A DNA stretch of 64,000 bases from Kondoa subrosea (GCA_039545335.1 BCIN01000006.1:310001-374000), one strand, 5' to 3'; counted from the stretch's first letter, positions 41,420 through 54,669 are shown. Translations and numbers: made by a program. Notes: a model not told the origin generated them from the sequence alone.

Positions 41420-42265
41420 TCGCAAATGTTGGCAGACGACTCAAGATTCACGCAGCATTTGTAGAGTAAGCATGTATGTGCTCAGTGCGGATAAGGAAGA
41501 AAAGTGAGCACCGCTTTGCTTTTGGCTGATTGCGGACTCTAAAACTTGTTCTGTGTCAGTTCGCTCTCAAACCTATGAACGATCCTGGTCACTGTCTCAT
41601 CTTCGACTCTCGAGATCGATCTTACAGAGAATGACCTTTGCGACTAAGAGACTTAAGGTGCTTCGTGTCGAAATGAAGCTTCCGGTGCACTATCTGGTCT
41701 ATCTCGAGTCCGTCGCTTTCGGCAAGCTGATGCCCATATCTTCTGCACCATCGATCAAGTAGAAGAAGAGCTTTCTGTCGCTTTTGATTTCTTGACTGTC
41801 ATCTATGCTACCCTTGGTTTCGAGTTCAGGTCTTCCGTTCATTCAGTATCGCTCTCATGGACACAACAAGACGAGAGAAGATCAAAGCGACTTGGATTTG
41901 ATCTGCCAGCACGCTTCGAGCTGAATTGGCGGATGCAAGAAGAAGCTGTGACTCGGTTCGGCTACCGCAACAAAACCGCTCGTCATGTTGTTGCGTCGCC
42001 TCGGTCCAGATTCAGTTGAGGTGTGCTCCTTCCATTGGTACATCTTTTTCTTGCGCTGTTATCTGCTCTTCAGCGCTGTGTCTCAATGCTTTGCGAGCAA
42101 TTTGCAGGGAAATGGTGTGAGCATTCGTGATGGATTACCCGCACATGTTTGCCCTAACGCACAATAGGCTCCCCTAGCCGTTAGCTCGTCGATTCCTCGC
42201 TTTGCCTACAACTGCCTCGGCCAAACAAAGCCTTTGAAAGCGGAAACGAGGTTGCTCTTCTTTGG
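41420..42265 (+). pseudogene. Inverted, disrupted partial copy of ThrRS (catalytic-domain exons with intron remnants)
   Basis: TTCGCTCTCAAACCTATGAAC...GATCAAGTAGAAGAAGAG matches the reverse complement of ~35735-35946. TGA at 41632, a frameshift and an internal deletion. Confidence 0.92.
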
Positions 42266-42575
42266 TGTTCATGCTTCCACCTCCCGACTCGTATTGTGCT
42301 TGCTTGATGATCTTGCAGCCTAGTGAAATCTGATCTGTCCAAGCCACTCAAATTCTTCAGCTTGACCGGTCCTTATGTCAATTTGGCGAATCTGTTCCTT
42401 TGAAATGTGAACTCTTCCGGTCGATTACGCTGCTGGCTCTGGCTTGCGCAAGATATGAGCAGCAATCATGTCCTATTGTAGCGATCATGTGCTCTCGCCC
42501 CTGCATCACAAGTGAAACGATCCGGTCTAAGCGGTTGGCGAAATGCTTTTGGTCTCGACTGTCAGCCTTGCATCC

Positions 42576-43069
42576 AGCCACCGCAAATTGAACGACCTTT
42601 CGAATTTGCTTACCTCTCTTCTTCTTTTCACCTACCGATCCATGTGTCTTTCGCAATGGTTCAACTCCGGCTCAGCTTCAGCTCGCTCGCTCGCTCGCTC
42701 TTTCGTGTACCCGACTCAGGAATGCCCAAGCTCGACTGCAGTAGGATGACGGAGCATTCGTGCTGCGATTACTATCCATCTGCAGTCGAGACCAATCCAC
42801 GTGTCAGACTTCACCTATGCGGAAGTTCTGGTTGCGGTCTTGGGATGGCCAGACGGCTACACCGCTCGGCCTTTCCATGGACTTTGAGCGAGAAGATAGC
42901 GCTCGAAAGTTCCCGATTAGCCTCCTCGACAAAGTTCTCAAGCGAAGAGGTGTTCAAGGAAATCTTAAGCTGGCGAAGGGAACCTCAAAAGGCCAGTCTT
43001 CTACCTTGATTGTACCGTAGCTTGTGTCTGCTGTGTAGAGATGTCAAATGCTATCGAGTTGTCAATTCT
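42576..43069 (+). repeat. ~494-bp direct repeat, copy 2
   Basis: Nearly identical to 40582-41075. Confidence 0.95.
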
Positions 43070-44019
43070 TGCGACTGATCAAATGGAACGAATCTTAGAA
43101 TCAGCTTCAGTCCTTGACTTGGAGCGACCAGACCAAAAGCTACTGACTGATACCTGCCAAACCTCGTGTGCATATACCTTTACGGCTGCTGCTACCATTC
43201 AGGAGAGGCTGCGATCGCAAGATCTTTCGCGTTCTTATCACCGATCTTCAGCCTGATGGCCTACTTTGCTTTCTCGAGATCTGCTTCTTTGTACTTGCGA
43301 TGTCGTTGTGGATTAATTCTCTGCTTTCTCGAGATCTGATTATGGCTCGGCACGGCTCCAGCACTTCCCTCTGCTGTGCTTTTTGGGTCCTCAAATGACA
43401 CGAGTGACGAACAGTCGCAAGCCTGCTTACAGAAGCTGTGGCATATTCTATTCTGCAAATGATCGAATAAAGGGATATCTCCGCTGAAGAAGCAGCAGGA
43501 CTGAAGGATTGTCGTATCGGAAGATTGGCAAAGAATAGACCAATACTTTCAGCTCGTTCATGTCTAGCTGGCTGTTGTAGAGAAGTGTGCTTCGAAATGC
43601 GCCGGTCGATTCATTCAGCAGAAGAGAGAAGCCAGTGAAATCAACTCAACAGCACACGTCCAAGTCTAGACGTTATGAGCGAGAGATTGTGCTTTAGGCT
43701 CAGTGCGAACCAAGGATGGTTAAGCTGCCTTTTCGATCCGGTTTACTTGCTCACTATACTGAGCTGACTCGCTGCTTTTAGTTTCGCTCACAAACTCCAG
43801 GAGTTGTCCTGGTCGAGATGTCCGACTTCCGATATTGACACTGTCGAAGACCTCCTCCTTACATTAGCAGCCATCGAGTCTTTTCCTTCGCAGTGAAGCT
43901 TTCTGAGGTGGCCTTTCTCTATGCTCTGGCTTTCAAGTCCAGACTTGATCCAGAGCGAAGATGTCGAGCGCTTGAAATACATGCAGTCGAAACCGACTAA
44001 GTTTTGTTGCAAGCCATCT

Positions 44020-44415
44020 CGCTGCGAACGACCCTGCAGTTTTGCCTTTCTTCTCTCTGCTTCCAAGGTCGTCTCAACGCTTGCATTGGCTTCTTTACCC
44101 GTAGCCTTCAGCTATAATCAACTCGCGATGCTCATCACGAATCAACCTCAGCTTTGGCTCGACAACTTTGCTTCTTGTTTGCTATGCCTCTCCCCGCGAG
44201 TGCTCAGGCCTGGCTGTGATGTTGGCGCCGTCTTGCCAAAACGCGGCGTGCAATGTTGCAATCAGGATATCCTAAAGACAGGTTCTTTGCGAAGAGCCTG
44301 GCTTGGGACTGGGTGACCGGAGACCCGGCATCGACCAGCCTCAGTAGACTGGAGTTGCAAGTTAAGACTTTCCAGATCTCGAATGCTTTCATCGACTTCT
44401 GTTCAAGGGTTGGGA
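44020..44415 (+). repeat. Diverged direct repeat, partner at ~45860-46250
   Basis: Shared ATCTCGAATGCTTTCATCGACTTCTGTTCAAG, GGACTGGGTGACCGG and GTCGTCTCAA(C/T)GCTTGC. Confidence 0.85.
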
Positions 44416-45199
44416 TCTCACTCAAGTCTGCTTCAGAGTCCTCTTTCCGGTGATTGTATATTAGCTCTTCTTGTGTAGAAGCCTCTCCAAATGTTATATA
44501 GTTGTCCTTACATAATCAATGTCCTGACACCGAAAGTTGGGCTTACACGATCGCTTGCTCCCAAACCAAGCGAGATTCCATATACCCGAAGCCAGAGATT
44601 CCAACGGATGGACCTTCGTACTGCGACTGCTCTCTGCTTGTGCTGTACCGCTCTCAATGCTGTCGATTGCTTGTCTTGTGCGAATGTTATGGAAACTAGC
44701 CTTGCTTTGGCTGTTGTGTTGCTTTGGCTGCGAAGACTTGCTTCTTGACCGTATATGTCTGTCCTACGCCGACTTTGCGAAAGAATGGCTATCTGGAGAG
44801 GACATATAGCTTTTCAACTCTTGCACTCCATCTGCGCCCTACGATAGGCCGTCGAGAGGCTGTGGCTGGATCAGCAGAGGTCCGTTGTTTCTTGTTCTTC
44901 CTCACTAATCATGTTCTGATGCCCGCGAATCGTATGCTCAGCGTTTGGTCTCGATAGGTCACCGAACAATTTACCAGCCAAAATGGTCGGCTCCGTTTTA
45001 AGATCGCAATCTGCCGTGGACTATGAACTGGTTTTCCTGCATAGGGTTGTCCGCTTGGTCTCCGTGTCGAAGCTTTGGTTCGCATGATGACAGTATATTT
45101 GCATCAACTTCCAGGCAACTGCAGTCGTCGCTGCTGCTGCTCGCCTTCGTGACCCTGTTCTGTACGCGGAAGCTGATCTATTATGCAATCGCTTTTGCA

Positions 45200-45455
45200 T
45201 GTACATTCTTCAGGACTAAGCTGATACGAGGTAAGCAACATTTTGCTGCGATCAACTTCATGTATTCATCGATTGATTGCAGTCCAAATTCATTATTCAT
45301 CAGGGTCATTGGAAGCAGACCAGCTATCGATCAATGTACTAAACAGTTACGCAGTCAGCAAGGAAGACACCAGTGATAATTACCCTGTTTCAGCGGAAGC
45401 GGTTCAGAAGATCATCGCGCTCGAGAACTCGCTCGCATGCTCGCTGGATAATCGG
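45200..45455 (+). pseudogene. Degenerate copy of the ThrRS last intron and last exon
   Basis: GAAGCGGTTCAGAAGATCATCGCGCTCGAGAACTC versus ThrRS GAAGCGATTCAGAAGATGATCGCGCTGAAGAATTC. Confidence 0.8.
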
Positions 45456-45859
45456 TGTCTTCATTGTCGATATGTACATATGACACTTTGATCGTTGCGA
45501 TGGTTCACTACCGACGTAAGTCAAAAATTGCTCTTATCCCGAATCGAATCTGACTATCGCCTCACTCGGCATTAGCTTCCTCCGATCTTGCACCCATTCG
45601 CTATATAGAAACCTCGCACAGCCTCCTGATGACTTCAGCTTGGCCAGGCGATATAGCAATCCTGCCTCGTTTGGGTTGAATTTTGGCTCATTTTGTCGAA
45701 ATGCCGTGCTTGCCTGGGCTCTACACATTTACAGACAGTGGGATTGCTTTGAAGGAACCATTCTGTAGCCAAGATGATCCATCAGCGACAGAACCAGCCC
45801 TTTTTGGAGCGAAGCCAAAACTCGCAGTCCGAACCGGCGCAATTTTTGATCACGCCTCC

Positions 45860-46250
45860 TTGCGTTGAACGACCTCGCGCTTTTTAATCTCTTCTCCTCT
45901 TCTTTCTTCTCCAGAGTCGTCTCAATGCTTGCGTTCAGCTTCTCTACTGTTAGCTTGCGGCTATCGATACTGCGCTTATTTGCTCTGGCTCAACTCTTTG
46001 CTTTGTGTTTCATGTGCCACTTGTCGCGAAAACTCAGGCTTGATCGTGATGCTGAGCGCTGTCTTGCCAGAGCGCAGGGCTCAGCATTGCCTTCGAGCTA
46101 TCCTCAAGTTCGACTTTCTTGCGAGGGGTCGAGCTTAGGACTGGGTGACCGGCCACGGGCATCGACTTTACCGACCGGCTTCAGCAGACTGGGTGTTGCA
46201 AGAAGGACTCTCCAAATCTCGAATGCTTTCATCGACTTCTGTTCAAGAGG
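45860..46250 (+). repeat. Diverged direct repeat, partner at ~44020-44415
   Basis: Same shared blocks as its partner. Confidence 0.85.
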
Positions 46251-46744
46251 TTTTTTTTTTAGAAGGAATCGAGTGGGACGGAATTGGGAAGGGGCTTTAG
46301 CTAGTATGATATTTGCTGCAATGTATTACTTTGTTCTATGCCTCCCTTTGCGGTCTCTGCTTTGCCATCTGACCTTCGAAATTCGCCAGTTCCTTCGCGG
46401 CCCTCCTTTTCCTGTTTCAACCACTTTCTCAAGTAGCTTCAAGCCTGGAGACCTCGCAAACTTGTTCAAGGCCAGGTAAGACGCGCTCTTATCTAGCTTA
46501 TGACCTTGTTTTTGAGAACGAGCGCGTCAAACAGATTTGAGCGTAAGCTTCTTTGCTATGGCTTCCCTTTGCCTTTATAGTGAGCTCATCCATCGTGCCC
46601 ACACCATACATAGTACGGCATCGCTGTACGTTTAATTATCTGACAAATGCACGCGGTTTCTGAAGCGTTTTCTTGAATAGCACAAGCTCAGCTCACCCGG
46701 CAACCTCGCTTTGGATTCGGCATCTCGACGCTATGGTAACTCGA

Positions 46745-47040
46745 CAATGTGTACCCGACTCAGGAATGCCCAAGCTCGACCGCAATGGATGACGGAGCAT
46801 TCGTGCTGCGAGTACTATTCATTTGCCGAAGAAATCAATCCGCGTGCTGGACTTCACATATGCGGAAGCTCTGGTTGCGGTCGTGGGATGGCTTGACGGC
46901 TTGCACCGCTCGGCTTTTCCATGGACTTTGAGCGCGAAGATGACGCTCGAAAGCTCCCGATCAGCCTCCTTTCCTGCAAGATTCTACTCTTCTTCATCAA
47001 TTCTGGCAAGGCTGTCTAGCAAGATTTTGTACCGTAGAAT
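46745..47040 (+). repeat. Third, diverged copy of the 494-bp repeat core
   Basis: GTGTACCCGACTCAGGAATGCCCAAGCTCGAC...GGATGACGGAGCATTCGTGCTGCGA...TTTCCATGGACTTTGAGCG shared with both other copies. Confidence 0.9.
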
Positions 47041-47226
47041 GGCAATGTATCGTATCGGTCTCACAAATTAGCTGCGCGCTAGTTCTTACTCTTTCTCTCT
47101 GTCTCTCTCTTTGAAAGATTTGCTGCAGTCCGATGTCCTTCTTTGTCTAGAGCAAGCATTGCATTGTGTCTGTAATCTTTCAATTGCACCTCTAGCCAGA
47201 CAAAAGTAGATCCTTTATTCCGCTGG

Positions 47227-49302
47227 TCATTTACAGTCATGTCTCTGTACCGCTGCCAGTATACTGCAGAGTACATTGAGCAGGTAAACCAGACTAAGGA
47301 AGCTCAACGGCTTACTCGGTCGGTAGTTGAGATCTTGTGAGCAATCTGTTCTTGCATCTAGACGAGAAACACCTATGAAAAACAAGTCAGTCTTGCTTCC
47401 GTATCGAAGTTAAGTAACTGACCAGTGCGAAAGACATTGAGTACAATTCATATGCTGACATCCATCAATCTTCTCCGTCGGTGCTCGACATGAAGGACAT
47501 CTTTCAAAATATGATCAGTTCATGTAAAACAAGGTGCCTGATTAGGCACACCTAGCCCAGCCTTGTTTTGCGAGCATTCGTTCAAAACGCTCATCGTCAA
47601 TACATTTGTGCTTTCTGTTCTTCTTGACTAAAGCGCGACACGATTTGCAAGATAAGGTAGCGCAGAGCGCTGTGGTATTGAAATTCAACAATTACAGAGA
47701 CAGTCAATGGGCGCAGACTTACGGCAGCAGAGCAAATCAGTAGCTGTCCAATCTTCTTTGTCGAGTAAGTATGATGTAGCGCATCTGCAAGCCTATGAGC
47801 CAACGAACCCAAGTAGCAAGAAGAGAGCCTACCCTGGACATGAAACCTCTATAGCCAAGGTTTGCAATATCCTCTTGTTCACTTCTGCCAATTCCGTGTC
47901 GTCCAACAATGATTTCGCCAGCTGTATAGAAATTTCCGATGGTGAGTTGACTTTCTCCGCTACGCATACTGGACAACTGATAGGCCAAGACGAAGCGATA
48001 ACGTAGCTCTTTATATCATTACGGCATATACTGTGATTGCAAGGTGAAAGTCGGATTTCTTCGGCGCAAGGTAATCTTTCTATACAGATCGGACAGCTGA
48101 ATGTTGAAAGTGAGGGTGCTGAAGCTACTAGGCGAGATAAGACAGGAGGTGAAGGCCAAGCTGAATCGATCAAAGGTAAAGAGCTAGTCGAAGGTTGCGG
48201 AATGGCGATAGATTCGTCTAGACAGAATCAGCTCGATACAATAAGAGCTCGACAGACTACTCACAGCAAGGTGGTGGCAATTCGAAGGTCGATGGGTTAG
48301 TGACCCTCAGTCTGTGAGATCAAGTTGATCAGTAAATCGCGAGACAGAAAGCGAGAACAGTCACTTACGGTCGAGCATTTGGATGAAATCTAGCCTGTAG
48401 GCTGCCTTTAGCGCTCTCTTGTCTTGGCACATAGTTCTTCAAGCAATTCTTGAGCATAGTCCAATTCTGATCCGTTGTTCTTTGTAGTACCAGCCTGACT
48501 GTGCAAAATTCCAGTTGTATTGTCTTGGAAAGATATTCACATAAGTGCCTGGATTTTTCGAACGTTGCTATTGAGGATTCGCCGCGATGAGAAGAAGGAT
48601 GGAAGAGAAGCCATCGAGAAGCAGTAGAGACGCGATGCGGAAAGCGTATGAGTAAGAGATGAATATCACTTAAAGTGAGGATCAGGCCTAGAGCTTGCAA
48701 AGGCATAAAAGCGGAAGCGAATTTGAGACGACTAATCGAGGTTTCAGCAATTTCATTCGATATGATAACAGAGAGCACTTACTCAATGGCTGCATAAAAG
48801 CCAGAATAGGAAGTTTCACCGATATGATCATGTGATTCGAGATCTAAAGTTGCACGAAGGGTGACTATTCCACTATGAGCGGCCAGAAGATCATTCGAAT
48901 TCGGCCAAATTGAACAGATGGATAAGATACCCTGTCGTATATCTGTCAGCTCAAGTCTCAGACAATGCTGAAGTAACTTACATCCAAACACCTTACATCA
49001 ATTGTATGCGAAGTATTCAATAGCCGTTGTGCCGCGTGCAAGACAGCTAAAGCCGATGAGCCAAAATCATGTTCTGTACTAGAACAATAGATCTTCTCCA
49101 GACAAAGATTCTCAAGAGCTTCATCAGCTGTCGAGGGTACGGTAGACCGCTCAGAATAAGAATAAGAAGGTGTGATAAGTGCACTGCTTGAAGCTGTGCT
49201 GTCTTCATTGATACAGTCAATGATCGGACGTGGCAAAGAGCCGGATGCAGTGCTTGACGGTGACCAGCCTGCGATTCTTCGGAGTGGATTGCGAGGCGAC
49301 AT
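47227..49302 (-). CDS. RBR (RING-IBR-RING) E3 ubiquitin ligase, multi-exon
   Basis: RING1 CPICIE..CNHSIC..CPVC; IBR start VSCPG; RING2 RCPSCRAPTEKIDGCQHMNCTQCLSHWCF. Confidence 0.88.
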
Positions 49303-49575
49303 GTCCGATAGTGGGAAAAGCGATATTGATAGGGAAAGCGAGTTTGATTAGTATACGATGAGTATACTGACCGCTCAGTATCCGCTTTGACAAGGTATGA
49401 AAAAGTCTTGTGATTTTGGTACGAACAGATGATTAAGGCGCTGAGCATGATCAATCATTCGAAGGTGGTTCTCAGATGACTATTCTCAACAGCTGATAAC
49501 GAGCAAGAAGGAACATGGTAGAAGCATGAAAAGGTGCAGCACGTGATCGTTGATTCTGATCACTTCGAGGTATTG

Positions 49576-50457
<882 letters not shown>

Positions 50458-50810
50458 TCTCAGCAGCAGTGATCTAGCAGCCAGTATAGTACAGATGGAT
50501 ATAAACCAGAAGAGCTTGCTTGAAGGTATCACTTTGCAACTTCGCCGTCGGCGGAAGAAACTGATTATGTAATGCAATCGTCGAGGTTTACTTAGGTACA
50601 AAACCGGCGTATGGCACCAGAGTACAACAGAAGAATCAGTCCCGTTGAACGAGGTCGGATAATTTGAGTCGATAGTAGTAATACAAGAAGTAAAAAGATG
50701 CTAGAGGAATAGTACAAAGGGAAATTGCTAGCTGTTTCACTGATCCGACTAGCGCACTGCAGAGCATCAATGAGCATCAGTACTACGTACGAATTTGCTG
50801 CACTGACTCC

Positions 50811-51155
50811 TCAACGCAGCCTTGGGTTTGGATCGTCGTTCCTTTTCCTCATCTGCCCATTTATCGCGCGCCCTCTGCCAATCAAGTACATTCCTACGTG
50901 CAGTATACTACGTGGGATCCTATATAAGCAAGTACAATAAACGCCAAGCTTAGGAAGGAAACAGACATCATTAGGTTTTCGAACCAGACGAGCCACCCAT
51001 GATTTCAGTTCTTCACTGGCCGCTATTCTTTGCGACGCAACGAACAGGTCAGAATGATAGGCGGATGGTGTTTTGCCGTGAACGTAGACGTAGTCTTGTT
51101 GAGGAGTAAATTTGGAGGAGACTGGTTGGGGACCATTTCTTGACGCAGCAGACAT
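50811..51155 (-). CDS. Possible small hypothetical protein
   Basis: Open frame from MSAASRNGPQ; no recognisable motif; splice structure unresolved. Confidence 0.25.
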   Translation of the reverse strand: MSAASRNGPQPVSSKFTPQQDYVYVHGKTPSAYHSDLFVASQRIAASEELKSWVARLVRKPNDVCFLPKLGVYCTCLYRIPRSILHVGMYLIGRGRAINGQMRKRNDDPNPRLR

Positions 51156-51729
51156 TGATGCGCGTAGGACTAAGCTGAAATGCAAGAAGTAGTAAATAAG
51201 TATTACTGATAGCAAGATCGCCGACGTTGAGCTCGAGAAGAAGAGCTTTCTGAAGAGCTTAGTCTAGCTGAAGAAGAAAGGGAATGCCTGATCTCTTGGA
51301 AGCGATGACTTCGATCGGAAAACGTGATTGACAGTGTATCTAAGTAGCTGAGGCACGTATTACTGATCAGCAACCAGGATTACAAGCCAAGCAGGATTTC
51401 AATTTAATCAAACAGACGATCTTCCATTCGAGACACAATATCCATCAGTATGAATGGATGTACGGCATGATATCTTTTCCCGAGCGGATCTGGTATAAAA
51501 GCATTTGGAATCTGACGAAAGAGAGGCGACCGCTCCCAACTATGCTTAGGCATTCAAGTGAGCCGGTCAACCAGGGGAAACAGAATGACACAAAGACATA
51601 AATGGAAGGTGGATCATCGGCGATGATGCGATATAGTCAAAACATCAAGCCGAGAGCTTCGAGGGTAGAGAATGAAAAGAAAATGCATATTACGAGACTG
51701 CTATCAATCAGCATGAAAGCCACTGACAA

Positions 51730-52155
51730 TCATTTGGCTGTTGCGCCATGAGCGTTTGCAGTCTGTATGACCGGCATTTCGTTACAACAGAATCTCAAGC
51801 GTATATAGCGCTACATACCCGAGTAGGATGATTAGCATTCTGGCGCTCAACTATTGCCTCTGACCATTTATTCCACGCAGCTTTCCAGAGCTGGTATTCT
51901 CGCCCGGCTCTTTCCTTGAAAGTTAATCAGTATTATACAGTACCACGTCAGAAAGCTACGAACTATCTCCCCTTGTTGTCCAGTTGAAATAGCTTGCTGA
52001 TAACGATGCCACCAATAGTGCACCCCGGGCAACGCGGTATCTCTTTGTCGTGTCAAGTCCTCCATCGAATCTCTGGAATGAGGCATACGACCATGTTCAT
52101 ACTCGGCCGGCGGTTGAACGTCCTGCGGTCCATCTCTAGCGCGAGCGGTGGGCAT
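51730..52155 (-). CDS. Small hypothetical protein (~105 aa, 3 exons)
   Basis: Two GT-AG introns join MPTARARDG...GEI|ERAGREYQLWKAAWNKWSEAIVERQNANHPTR|TANAHGATAK* in frame. Confidence 0.55.
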
Positions 52156-52802
52156 ATTGCTTATCGAATGATTTGCTAATGTTCTTGAGCTGAGCGATAC
52201 GAAGTTGTTAGACTATTCTTGTTAAGCGAGAAAGATTTTGATGAAGAAGAAGAGAAGAGAAACAGCTTTATGTCAATTCAAATAGTAAAACAAAGCACGG
52301 AACTCCGATGATCCGAGATCACGCTGCATTCGAGGTAAAGGCTGATGACCTTAAATCCGAAGCTATTCATTCAGCTGATCACCTGAGGCCCGAAGATGTC
52401 TGTACAGCTGATGCTCCTTTAATAGTCCCAGCTGAGGCCAAAGAGATATAACTTGACAGGCGAGAAACTCCCGATAAGCGCTAAGTACAGATTCGACCAG
52501 ACCGACAGCTGAACACCGAGTCGACCGACATGGCTGCAATAGGGAGCGAGAGAAGATAGTCCATTTTCTTGATTTTGATTTGCTGGCGTAGCAGTACACG
52601 AAAAGATGCTCGTTCTAGGTATAGAGATGGTCAAAAGGTTTTGTAGAGTTTCGCAAGCATGCGCAGCAATTTAGGTTCCGCAGTATATCATACGTCCATG
52701 ACGGTATCCTCCATCAGCACGCAGCAGCTATTCCGGGTATATGGCCAAAGTCGCTGCTGCAAGAAGACCTGTCTAATTTTCGGATTTCAGCTCTTTGCGG
52801 CC

Positions 52803-54669
52803 ATGAAGGCATCTCGCCAGGTCAGATCTCGTCTGAACAGATCTACAGCGGCTTCAGGACCTCGAATTGCTCGAAAACCTCATATCCCTATCACAACAAG
52901 CCATGCTCAACATCAGCATCAACAGCCTGAATCTCCCTTACCCTGCAGCTCTCAAGCTTTTCCATACAATCAATATGAGCAGACTGGACCTCAGGCTTCT
53001 ACTTCCAAGTTTGTCGATCACTTCCAATCTTGAACATTAGCTAATACTATATTTGTGGGAAAGGCTGAATTATGCCGAAGCGGAACAAGTGCCTGTAGTC
53101 GTGCCAGAAGATCCGAATGGAGTTATCCAAGCTGATCATCCAGCTTCAATTATGCTCGTCAGTAAACATGTCTCCTTCTGCCTACTTTAGGCTAGAAGGA
53201 TACGGTGTGTGACAGGCTACACAAGGTCTGGTTGTAGTCAGGCAGTTGGAGATGATGAGTATGCCTTCCCATGCTCAAACATATCGTTCGCTGAATTTGC
53301 AGCGAACTAGATCTCTTTCTCGGCTACGAACAAGCAAATCGATATCAGATTCTCTCACCTTCCGGTCGACCAGTGGGATATCTAGCAGAAGAAGATTTGG
53401 GTTTCGGATCAGCGATAGGCAGACAAGTTTGTGATCCTTCGTTTGCTCTTGAATAGCTACTCAAGGTTATTTGTGACAGGTCATGAAAACGCATAGACCG
53501 TTCAAATGCACAGTCATGGTCTATCTTCTCCGGTTCGCCTCCTGAGAGGAATCGCTGATGAACGTAGCAGGACCTGGAAGGGAAAATCACTATGCGAATC
53601 CATCGACCTTTCTCTTTCATCAATTCAACAATAACAGTCTCATTGGGTGAAGACCCAGACAATATCATTGGCCAGACTATCCAGGAATGGCATCCTTGGA
53701 GAAGGCGTTATAACATGTTCTTGAAAAGGGAAGAAGGGTTTGAGCAATTTGTGCGTTCTTACTCTGTGATAAAGTTACTATGTCCTGATCAGTCGTATCA
53801 GGCAAGAATCGATTCTGGTTTGTTGAGCTATGATTTCTATCCTGCTGACCAAGAAGGGAAAGTCATGGCTGCTATTAATCGATCTTGGGGCGGTCTTGGT
53901 CGAGAATTGTTTACGTGAGCTTTTCTTTTCACTCTTGGTACGATGAGATAGCTGAAGCGGAAATAAATAGAGATACTGGACAATACGCTATTAAATACGA
54001 TGCTGTTGGTTTGGAGGATTTATCTCAAGCTAAAGAAGCTGCGAATATTGCAAGTACGAGTGGGAAGGAACTCGTGCCTGTTCACCGAGGTCTGACTTTG
54101 GATCAGGTCGGTTGGAGTATTGCACTCACATTTGACGAGAGCTGATGTTGGTCGCAATAGAGAGCGGTTCTATTAGCCACTGCAATGACTTTGGATGTGG
54201 ATTACTTCTCTAGGCATTCACATGGCGGAGGAGGGTAAGTACATCACCTCCTTGCTGTCACATCGCTCAACAATAGCTTAGAATCGGATCAATGCTTCCT
54301 TTTATGATCCCTTTCCCAGGATTAGGCGGTCAACAATCACAACAAGAAGGAGAAATAGATCCAACAGATTCTTCAATACCCTCCACTACTTCTACTGGTT
54401 CCTCTCCTTACTCTTCTTCTGCTTCTTCTTCTGATTCTCCATATTATTCGAATAACGATGAATTACCTCGATCAAGGGAAGCGGATCAAGCAGCTCAAGA
54501 AAGAGGTTGGGATGATAATACCGTTTGGGGTCAATCACCTGATGAAGCGATGAATGAAGGTGAAGTGATGCAAGATCCTTGGTCTGATGGATCGGAACAA
54601 AGTAGCTGGGACGATTTCTTTGGTGGTGATGATTCAGACGGAGGAGGAGGTGATGGAGATGGGTGGTAG
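52803..54669 (+). CDS. AIM25: Phospholipid scramblase family, mitochondrial Aim25-like
   Basis: Arg-rich presequence; LVVVRQLEMM, GYEQANRY, RPFSFINS, QEWHPWRRRYNMF and RAVLLATAMTLDVDYFSRHS. Confidence 0.92.

Noticed and set aside
41074..41451. Poly-Gln ORF on the minus strand / poly-Leu on the plus strand
   Set aside because: Product of the (CTG)10 microsatellite inside a decayed region.
41420..42265. Second ThrRS as an antibiotic self-resistance gene
   Set aside because: The copy has a stop, a frameshift and deletions, and no biosynthetic genes are nearby.
52342..52390. CTGATGA as a hammerhead core or C/D snoRNA
   Set aside because: No stem II followed by GAAA; too short, with no recognisable rRNA guide.
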